64,000 nucleotides of DNA from assembly GCF_006345805.1 (NCBI RefSeq), contig NC_043005.1, positions 92,008,001-92,072,000 of the forward strand. The letters are read 5' to 3'. Shown in pieces: positions 39,200-49,637 of this stretch (position 1 is the stretch's first letter; each line of letters opens with the position of its first letter). Both the position numbers and the translations under genes were made by a program. The notes below the pieces were generated by a model, which saw nothing but the letters and a program-made list of their open reading frames with translations, was not told the DNA's origin and made no database searches. The DNA is from Octopus sinensis. Its lineage: Eukaryota.

Positions 39200-39596
39200 A
39201 TATTTTTTCCATCCAAATGATTTTGAAGACTGCAGAATAAATGATAGTCAGATGGGGCAATATCCGGTGAATATAGAGGGTGGGGCATCGTTTCCCATTC
39301 AAACTGTTCCAGCCTTCTGAATGTCACCCTCAGTGTATGTAGGTAAGCGTTTTACTGATGGAGGAACACCTTTGTCTTGAAACCATAGAAAGTCGTTTTT
39401 CTTCTAGCGCTGACTTAAGCCGCTCAAGGTGCATGCAGTAGATCTCCTTTGTTATCATTTGACTTGAGTTTAAAAGTTCAAAGTGGACTAAATCTTTCAT
39501 ATCCTACCAAACAGATAACACCTTACGTGGGTGAAGACCTTCATTAGTCTGGGGTGCAATTGAAAAAACTGCATTATTTATAGGATGACTCAAATA
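39200..39596 (-). mobile_element. 5' half of the internally deleted mariner interrupted by the pogo
   Basis: 5' TIR tatttgagtcatcctataaataatgcagttttt matches the TIR ending at 34383; encodes GLHPRKV..VHFELL..MPHPLYSPDIAPSDYHLFCSLQNHLDGKNI. Confidence 0.9.
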
Positions 39597-42240
39597 GTTT
39601 TGAATCAAATGATCAATAACATTCGACAGTCATATATTCCTTGTTTTATTACTAAACATGACAGAACTCGCGAATATTTGTGAGGTTTGTAAAAACAGGA
39701 ATAATTTCAGAAAGCCTGAACACTTTCGTTATAATTGAAGACTCAAAGAGTGAAAGCGTTGAATATGCTCAAAACCATTTTATCTCAATGCTATTGTGAT
39801 GCTCTGGTTAATGCCCAGTTGTCTCGGTGGTGTCCCCAAAATTATACAGGGAAAAAATCGGAAAGGGATCCTGTACGTGCACTACTTCAGTCATGTGTCA
39901 TGCATACCGTGCAATTACTTGGGGGCTCCATGGGTCTTAGGATCCAATACCTATTTGTGTATGCTGTGGTTTTATATGTAGGGGCTCCAATGCATTACTT
40001 TGTCTGGGGATGCTATAATGCTTTTAAGATGGTCCCTTGCTCATGCAGCTGAAGACAGTAATGATATTGAAGTATTTGTTTAGTATGTAATACTATTTAT
40101 AACTTTCTATGAGGGCCAAAGAAGTTTACTGCAGTCAAAAAGGTACAAATTTGAGTTTATTTAGCACAATGATGATGAGGACATTTAGCAATAATTATCA
40201 CCATACTCTCCAACTATGAAGTTAGTACAAGTGTTTCATAATATAAGAAACAGACAGTTCTAGCATAGACATCAGAATTGAAGCAACTTTCAGTAATTTG
40301 AAACAGATTACTAGTCACATTCTCCATTCTCCATGGAAATATTCTGAAGATTCTTGATACGCTAAATTTTGTTACAATTTTAGGTTTGCGATTTGTCTAT
40401 CGGAAACTGTCTTAATAATACATACTGTATTGAATAATTTGAAAAGATGAGAAAAATCGAAGAAAAATTTAAGAGAATCTTTAGCCAGAATAAGCATTTT
40501 AATTTAGATGCTTCTGACGCAATCGTTAATATCAATGTCAACATTTGGGCACGGAGATTTTAACAATAAATGCTTTTTATCGCATCTATAATAGTATTTT
40601 TGATAACTACTTTGGGAAACTTAGATGTCGCTTTAATGATACACAAGCATATTTGCAGTTATAGCGTTTTTCTTTTCTCTCTTGATTCAGATATATTCTT
40701 AATAGTTTCCAAATTTGACAACTCTTTTCACAATAAACTCTGCGTCACTAAACTTTACTTTATAGAAAACATTACTAGAAAGAAGCCATAACACATCTGC
40801 TTCTCTATATATCCATTTCTGCTTGCTTCTGCAGATATTTACAAACTGTCCGCTCTATATCCCACATTCACTACAAGCATAATGGTGAGTCCTCTTTCCC
40901 TGCTCCGTTTCATATACTTACAACTTACCAACACTCTATGGCTCGTCAATGAAAGAGCATCTCATTATACGTGTGTATCCATAGACAACTACTCAAGGAT
41001 ATTTGACAGAACAGTTTCTAAAACATTTCTGGTTGAAATCATGAACATTTCTAATCGTAAGACAATACTTATAAATCTGATATTAAATCCATTATTATTA
41101 CTTCAATAATTCTATGAATATTTAAAATTTTGTTGAATGTCAATAATTGTTTGGGATTGAAGAGTTAGATTTTGGAATGCGGTACTAGTTTTAAGAATGA
41201 TTTGTTTTGCCAGGAGAGATCCTTGATGACTGTCAGGCTCGGCATATGGAGAGACTGCAAGGGCTCTGCTTGAGTATCGTTCATGTTTAAGGAGGTGGGT
41301 GTAGTGGAGTTTTCTTGATATAAGTAGTGCAGACACACACACACACACACACACGTAGTATATTGAAAGGTATTCTTGAGGTACTATATGCGCGTGTGTG
41401 TGTGTGAGTGTGTTTGCGTGCGCGCGTGGGTGTGTGTTGTTGAATTTTATCAAGATCTGATATAAAGGCTTTCATATTTTTTTTCTTTTTGAAAAGTTGA
41501 AAAGCTATGATAATTTGTAGACCAGCAGCAAAGATCTTCCTTCAGGAACAAAGAACAGCGTTACTGCTGCCTTCGTTCCCAAATCTTAAATTCTCATTGA
41601 TTTACAACTTGCAAAATATCCCAGTTAGAAAAGAATTGATAAAATAATACTTTTCTAGAAACTTTATTTTGAAAACTTTCATATTTTTTTTCGTATATCT
41701 GGAATAAAAGATTTAAAAAAAAAAAAAAAATTCATGAAAAATTGCAGACTATCTTTTTTAATCTTTTTGCTGATCCTACTGTATCTAAACACTGCACATT
41801 TATGCATTCAGTAACAAGACAGAGATCATGACAACTATTTTTAATGAGAAGGTTGCGAGTTGAGAGAATCGTTAATGAGTTGGGCAAAATACTTAACAGC
41901 ATCTCTTCAGGCTCCTTACGTTCTGATTTCAAATTCTGTCGCGGTCGACTTTACCTTTCATCCTTTCGGATGGTAGGTAGGACTCGTGATCTCGAGTGAG
42001 GTATTTTTCACTGAATATGTTCAACAAATGGGTGGGAGAATTGAAAACGCAGTTAGCTGTTATTCCTGGTGGACTGACGAGTCAATCTTATTCAACGAAA
42101 GAATAAACGGACAGCGTCAACTTTTAATACAAAGTATAAAAGAAAGATGCTTGACCTTAATTTCCATAAAGTCTTCAGCTGCAGAACACTGTTTCGAGAT
42201 GATGTTCAGAAAAAAATCGAATCCCCCGCACGCGCGCACA

Positions 42241-43044
42241 CTAATAGTGGTCTAATAGTGGCCGTATTAAACCGGGTGAGGAATTTAAATTTGCCAACCA
42301 GGAATAGAAGTAAAGCTATCAGACCCACGACTTTAGAAATAAAACTGTTGAATTAATTGAAAATGGACATTGTTCACACACGTATACGAACGAATTGACC
42401 GAAAATAGAAATTGTTCACGCACACACACAAACATACATACATACATACATACATACATACATACATACATACATACATACATACATACATACATACATA
42501 CATACATACATACATACCTGGTGAGTTTTGAACCATTGCACTCAGGTCCCTTTGCTCAAGACCACGGTCTATCATACTGCTAAAATAGAAAAGACCAGCT
42601 ATAAAAATTTAATTGTATTAATTAATGCCTTCGCGAACATGGCCCGGCCAATCAGATCGGCAAGTGAACTAGAATGTTCCTATCAAATAGCCCGGTCGGA
42701 TATTCTAGAATCTTTCCTGGGTTTTATAAAAACTGAAATTTTGAATTCCAAGAACGCCTTCAGGTGCTAATTGAAGCTATGTCAGTTAGTTTGGGCATAA
42801 GGCTTTCTTATTCTTTCTACTTAATTTGCTCCTAATAATTATGGACCGTCATCGTATTACGATTTAACATATGAAGTGAAAACCTGTACTATTCCAATCG
42901 ATATCTCTTGAACGCTGTTCTATTTCTTCAGCTGTTTTTCACACACATACATACACACACACACACACACACTAATAGTGGTCTAATAGTGGCCGTATTA
43001 AACCGGGTGAGGAATTTAAATTTGTCAACCAAGAATAGAAGTAA
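42241..43044 (+). repeat. 73-bp direct repeat (42241-42313 and 42972-43044), each copy preceded by a CA-type run
   Basis: ctaatagtggtctaatagtggccgtattaaaccgggtgaggaatttaaatttg(c/t)caacca(g/a)gaatagaagtaa. Confidence 0.9.
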
Positions 43045-43609
43045 TCCCTCTAGTAGGCGTTCACAATTCTTGTCTACCAAATTTCCTTCGCATGCTTTTT
43101 GGTCTGCCTAAATCTATAAGGAGGGGACACTTGCTGAAGGTGTCCTGGTTGAATCTGAAACCACATTCTTGTCAAACTCATATCATGCCTGCGTCACCGA
43201 CCTCCACCCAACTAAAAAGAACAAATATAAGCGATTAATACATACTAGTAGACAATTGTTTAAAAAGGAGATTGGCTTTTGATGAAAAATATTACTATTT
43301 TAAAGTAGATTTATGTAACAGGAAGTCCAACCCCGATTTGAACTCTTTTACTCTTTTACTTGTTTCAGACATTTGACTGCGGCCATGCTGGAGCACCGCC
43401 TTTAGTCGAGCAAGTCGACCCCAGGACTTACTGTTTGTAAGCCTAGTACTTATTCTATTGGTCTCTTTTGCCGAACCGCTTAAGTTACGGGGACGTAAAC
43501 ACACCAGCATCGGTTGTCAAGCGATGTTGGGGACAAAGACAGACACACACACTTACATATATATGACGGGGGACAAACACAAATATACAACATGCACACA
43601 CACACACAT

Positions 43610-43641
<32 letters not shown>

Positions 43642-43777
43642 TTCGTTTTTGGATTTGGTTTGCAAGATTCTTTATATGAGTTCGTGTGTTGAAGCATATA
43701 ATTTCCACTGAAATTTTACCGCTGAGTGTGTTAAATAATAAGGCACTAAAAGAGAATGACTCTCCCCAGACACAACA

Positions 43778-43840
<63 letters not shown>

Positions 43841-44087
43841 TATATATATATACATACGACGGGATTCTTTCAGTTTCCATCTACCAAATCCACTCATAAG
43901 GCTTTGGTCGGAATCGAGGCTATAGTAGAAGACACTTGCCCAAGGTGCCACGCGGTGGGACTGAACCTAGAACCATCTGGTTGGTAAGCAAGCTACTTAC
44001 CACACAGCCACTCCTGAACCGTAAACCTTTAGTTCTATTCAACATTTTTAATGCATGGGTCACGACCACATTCATTAAAATATTTGG

Positions 44088-44496
44088 GGATCTTTTCGGT
44101 TTGAACGGCAGTTTTTTCTAGCGGTGTCATATGAAATTGTCACCATAATTATGACCCTAGAATCCATCTATTGCATTTCAATCTCTTTTAGGGTTAGGGA
44201 TGGGGGAAAGGGTATATTTTTTTCTTCACAAATGTAAATAAACCCAATCTGTTTCTTAAACGAGGGACATATTCATACGGCACAGAATGCTTTTTAACTC
44301 AATAGACGTCACTGATTGGTTGAAATTGCAGAAATTGAAGAAAAAAACAACAAATATCTTACAAACTATAGAATTTTCTTAATAAAGCCAAGAGAAAAAG
44401 TTGTTTTATAAACACATTCTACCAGTATACAAAGTTTAAAATTTTTTAATTACCTAGAAATTATGTTAAAAACTGCCGTTCAAACCGAAAAGATCC
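44088..44496. mobile_element. MITE of about 410 bp with GGATC-terminal TIRs and an 8-bp TSD (Merlin-like, tentative); second copy at 51789-52205 in the opposite orientation
   Basis: TIR ggatcttttcggtttgaacggcagtttt / aaaactgccgttcaaaccgaaaagatcc. TSD atatttgg (44080-44087 and 44497-44504); second copy actggctg / gctggctg. Confidence 0.88.
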
Positions 44497-46454
44497 ATAT
44501 TTGGTTTTAAAAATGCTTTAACTTAGCAACAGAAAAATTGCATTATTTGGTACTTTCCGATCAATCACAAGCATGAATTCAACCTTTCTTGACCCCCGCC
44601 TACCTGCACCATCTATGACTTATTATTCTAATTTCCAATGTAAATCTTGACCACAGCTGACGACTAGCTTTCAACAGAGAAACACATATTATAGTTGATT
44701 TTACTGATTAAACAAAATGCATGACCCTGTGCCAATGTGAAGAATTAATAGTATGCATAATGGTTCCTGTAGTTACGTGAGAATAATATTTAGTAGATTT
44801 AACGAACTCTATAGAATGATCCATTTCCTCAATGACATTGTTTTGGCTTTCTTTCCACCAACATACTTTCAGTGGTAAAGATAGTTTCATTAATTAAAAG
44901 AATGATGGTGCAATCTTGAAAATTTTTTTAATGCAAGTTAATGTTTCAACGCTTTATAAAACGCGAAAACTATTCCACCCGCATTTGATCGACTGAAGTA
45001 AGTGGATTTTGAATGCGAAAGATAAAAATATTGCACGAAAGCGTAAGAGTAATTTAAACAATTCATTTAAACTATAAAATCTTTAACGAAGAAATTAGTG
45101 CGACACTAACTAATAACATAGATATCTAATTCTCATAGAATTGTATTAGAGTCAATTCGTTACATTGAAGAATTCATTTTTAATTAAGCACTTTAGTACT
45201 TTTATGATAATGAAAGTTTTTTGGAAATACGAGTATTCATGGTATCTTTAGAGAAGGCAACTGAAACTTACAAATTAATTGTCAGATAAAGAAGAGATTA
45301 ATTTTTTTTTTAAATGTAGAATCGTTTCAAAAATCTCGATTGGAAATGAATTTACCGGAAAACCTTTTACGAAAAAATGTCTTATACCACTTGCAGAATT
45401 GTATTTTTCTGCCTTATGATTGCTAGCTTCCGTGGATGTTTCACGAGACTGTTAAGTAATTAAATTCTTGACAAATTTTAATGATTGATCCATGATTTAT
45501 GACTGATATCGCTTTAGTTGTGTTATTTGAACACTTGCTTGCAATTTTTGTAATCGAAAATCCCGCTGAATCTAAAAATCTCACGCAACTCAAACAACAA
45601 AAAGAATAATGATATTTAAAAGTTAAAAAAAGTATTTAGTAGAAAAATAGGAAGGGTAGTCCCTGTAATCTTTGCAGGTTATCAAATGACGAAATTGATG
45701 CAGTTAATGTTCAATTTGTACTTTTGTATATCGGTTGACTCTTGTAGAGAGGGGGGGGCGAGAGAAGGAATTACAGAAGTTGCAGTTTTGTAAAGAAAAC
45801 GTTGAGAATATGCCTCCTCTGTTGTTAAGAGAGAGAATGAGATGTTATGAGAGGAGAAACAGTTATGACAGTTGTGCTTCAGTGGTGATGGTACACAGCC
45901 TGTTAGTTTAGAGAATCAGAGACAATAATAATCGTAATAAAGAAAACGGAGGGGATAAACTGTGGGCTGGTGGTTGCAGTGAGTTCCAATCAATCAGTCT
46001 GGTAGCCTTTTTTTTTTCTTTTTTTCTTTTTGATGTGGTCTAAGATGGTTGTATATATGTATATCGGATGTATTAAGCGAGATATATTAACCGTAAAGAG
46101 TCAGAAAATACTTCTTCATGATTAGGGAGTGAATATTTTCTGAGGCTGAAGAGGAAACAGCTTTTGGTACACCTTTATGAGGAATGTTTAGCTATCATGT
46201 GAGATCATCAGTCGTTGAGACAAGTATTTGTAGAGTTAAGGTACACAGTGTAGTGGTTAGGCTGTTGCACGCACAGCCGTTGGTTCCATTCTTGGATTAA
46301 GTGGCATTTCGTGTACTTTTCAAAGCACTTCCTTTCACGCGTTGCTCCTGCCCACTTTTCAGACTATTAGCCCCAAAGCCCCAAGTCTTGCGAATAGCTT
46401 GATAGCTACAGCACACTGAATGGTGTTGAACATTTATAGAATGTTTCTGTTTTA

Positions 46455-46692
46455 CCATTTTGACGGATATTTGTCCTCATCTTGTTTGTTGTCAACACAA
46501 CGTTTCGGCTGATATACCCTCCAGCCTTCGTCAGGTGTTGGGGAAATTTCGAACCTGGGTTCTCATTCCTAAAGTATTTTTCGATGTTGTTGGTGCTGTT
46601 ATTATTATTACTATTATTATTTGGGTCACTGCCTGGAATCGAACTCGGAATCTTGGGGTTAGTAGCCCTCACGCTTAACCACTACGCTATAT
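46455..46692 (-). mobile_element. tRNA-headed SINE-like element with internal (AAT)n and an HHR; related copies at about 47500-47730 (head absent) and 62655-62875 (cut within the HHR core)
   Basis: Head tagcgtagtggttaag...ccgagttcgattcc (A and B boxes), then AAT run, then conserved catcgaaaaatac...ttcgaaatttcccc, then the HHR. Confidence 0.8.
46493..46540 (-). ncRNA. Minimal type I hammerhead ribozyme inside a tRNA-SINE
   Basis: caacac-CTGACGA-A-ggctg(gagggtatat)cagcc-GAAAC-GTT-gtgttg: 6-bp stem I, 5-bp stem II, palindromic AACGUU in place of stem III. Confidence 0.8.
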
Positions 46693-47729
46693 ACCCGATA
46701 CTACTAACGACAGTAATAATAACAACAGTATAAATATCTTTTTATCACTATAGTTAACAATGTTGACTATCGCAAGTGTTAGCAACAACGCTTCACGATT
46801 GCGTTAACAGCATTAGCATCAAATCTTCGAGATTACGAACAGACATGTCTGAGATTTCCCCTGTGTTCTGCTTTATTTTCGTTATGTCGCTGGCATATTT
46901 GTATTTCGTGTTCAACCTAACCTGTCAGTATCACTATTAGCCTACGTCGACTACAAAAGTAATCTTTCGGATGTCGCCGTACAAAAGCGAATAATAGTTG
47001 GCTTTCGTTCGTTTCTCTCGATAACAGTATCAGGGATCCCACTCAGACAACAGTCTTCTTTTATATGTCGCCGTTCTATTGTTTCTTTTGGTCTGAGGCG
47101 AAGTTTTATATTTAATCTGTTATTCCATTCCTAATAATGACGTGTTTCAAATCTCTGAATCAACAACTTTATTTTTTATATATATTTTATTTTTGTTCCT
47201 TTGCTGTTCGCATGTGATATTACAACTATTTCTAGTTTTGCCAGAATTACATCTCGTTGCTGAACAAATGTTTAATTTTCGAGAAAACTAGAAACAACTG
47301 AATTTTCCCCGAAAATAAATGAAGACAAATGATTACAGGTAATGTCTATGATATAGAAATATATTATTTCTTTATCTGAAAAACACCTTATCACCATTGA
47401 TTATCTTTTTTGGGTGGATTCTGAATAATATTCAAAAGCAAAGTTAGATCTAAATACTAAAATGGGTATTATTATTATACGTAATGTAGTAAGCCAAGAA
47501 ATCTCACCTTATTCAAAACTTTCTACAGTTCTATATTTAAGAGATGAGGAATTATGTACATTATTTACACTATTTACATTTGACAGATATTTGTCCTCAT
47601 CTTGTTTGTTGTTAGCACAACATTTCGGCTGATATACCCTCCAGCCTTCACCAGGTGTCTAGAGGAAATTTCGAACATGGGTTCTCATTCCTTAGGTATT
47701 TTTCGATGTTATTATCATTGTTATTATTA

Positions 47730-48140
47730 TTGAGTGAGAGAGCAGTGCATGCCATCAAAGTGACACTGGGGTAAAATATACGAAGCCCAGTATACCCATC
47801 ATGACTACCTGTGTGATAAGGGTACACCAGGCACATGCATCACAACCATATGTGCGCGATATGGTGATCTGTTATCAAGATAAACAGCGCATGACCTTGC
47901 GGGTGGGGCCCAGATAGAATTTTCTTCTGGTTGGGTAAGCCATCCCACTCAAAAGGTACCTGATTAAGGATTGTTTAAGGATGTTGAATGAAACACCCAA
48001 GTTTCCAGAGGTGAATTATTCAAACGCCAAAGAATCCCTCTCAACACATGGCTATGATGCTCCCCCACTACTTCTACTCGTGATCAGAGATGCACATATC
48101 GTCAGCCACTAAGGGACATGCTCAACTGGTTACGGTCAAA
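47730..48140 (-). mobile_element. Interspersed retroposon-like repeat of about 0.4-0.55 kb with an (AAT)n tail; tandem copies at about 57515-58055 and 58085-58580
   Basis: Three copies of gagagagcagtgcatgccatcaaag...gccactaagggacatgctcaac, each abutting (ATT)n. Parent element not identified. Confidence 0.8.
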
Positions 48141-48144
48141 CAAA

Positions 48145-49200
48145 ACCTCGCTAAGCTAAGTATTTATTTATATTTAAGATCTTTAAATTTTAATATTTTA
48201 TAAGTTGTATGGTATAATATTATTGTTTTTTTATGTAAATATCGTTGTTTATCAAATTATCGTAATTTTCTATATAATTATTAGATATTAACATTAAGTT
48301 TATTCGTAAGAATTTACTTAGCGATAGATATGTTGTTTGATAGCAAGTATACGAGTTGTTTTAATTTAGATTCATGTATATACATGTATTAATAGCATTA
48401 ATTGTAGTTTTAAATTTCTTATAATTATTATTTTAACTTATATATTGTCTTTTTAAATTGTTATTTGCTAGTTATATTATTCCCAGTATTTTAAATATAA
48501 GATTTTTGAAAGTTATTATTTAGCCAACGAGATATAAAGATAGTTAATTTGCTATAGCGTTTAAGATTGTTTATTTGTATTTTTGAAATTAGCTATTTCA
48601 TCTTTAAATATGAAAAATTAATTTATTAGGTCTTTATTATATATGCATATATATTTATTTATAGAGATTATTTTAGATCTTAATTATAATATTTATATAC
48701 ATTTATATATTTTCATTGATAATTTATATATTATTTAAATTTTATATTTTAATAATATGAATAGTCATTTTTTTGTAAAATATTTATGTAATTAGATATT
48801 GATTATTACTGATATTAGATTATTGGTGGGTTTATTACCTTAAAAATTAATACTTAAGAATTAAAATTAATATTTAACATTATAATCGTTGTTTTGACAT
48901 AATCATAATCGTTAAGTTTCTAGTTTTATAAGAAGAAAATTTATTATATTATTTATTTCTTTAAAAATATTGTTTAAATATTTCTAATTATTTATTAGAA
49001 TATTACAATTAACCTGAAGATTGACTGTAACCATAATTCGAATTATTAATTGAATTTAAATTATTATTATTGTTATTCGAATTGGTTACGGGCATGAAAC
49101 GATCGTAGTGTTTTTACTCTTTATCTTATATTAAACTTTTAATACTTTTTGATAGTTTAAAATTTAAAAAAATAAATAAATAAATAAATAAATAAATAAA
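48145..49200. mobile_element. Extremely AT-rich degenerate PLE-like segment carrying an HHR with an expanded stem II (49014-49107, +)
   Basis: CTGAAGA - 75-nt hairpin - GAAAC-GATC-GTA. The minus strand weakly resembles a PLE N-terminus (LTIFISRWLNNNFQKS). Confidence 0.45.
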
Positions 49201-49586
49201 ATACTATATATATATATATATATATATATTTAAAATTTATAAGTTTAATTTATTAATTTAAATAATTTTTTAAAATTTTAACTTTAATTCAAATATTTTA
49301 ATTGGATTTTTATATTTTATATTTTTTATATTTTTTAATTAATTTTATTTCTATGTATTGGCTTATGATTTTCACTGTTTGATTTGCCTAATAGTGGTTT
49401 TATCTCTAATTTAATATATTATATATATATATACAAAACAATAACTTTCCTCAGATACGCCGCCACAGAGTTTAGGTTATATAAGAGAATAAAAATGGAT
49501 ATAATAACAATGGGAAACTCAAAGTTTACGCTGGCATGTCTTTAATTAAATAGGTAACAAAAAAGTCAGAAGCAGAGATGAGGGTG

Positions 49587-49637
49587 GCATTGACGATCGT
49601 TTCGATTTACTGGTTTAAGTAAATCTCTTCAGAATGC
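49587..49637 (-). ncRNA. Minimal type I hammerhead ribozyme, fully canonical
   Basis: gcatt-CTGAAGA-gatttac(ttaaacca)gtaaatc-GAAAC-GATC-GTC-aatgc: perfect 5-bp stem I, 7-bp stem II, palindromic tetraloop, GUC site. Confidence 0.9.

Noticed and set aside
42150-42200. Minus-strand GAAAC-AGT-GTT-CTGCAG-CTGAAGA, suggesting a type II HHR
   Set aside because: Stem I would have no loop and stem II does not pair; likely chance.
46625-46692. tRNA-like sequence here, and at 60484-60560 and 62805-62875
   Set aside because: These have A/B boxes but no complete cloverleaf and continue into repeat bodies, so they are SINE heads rather than tRNA genes.
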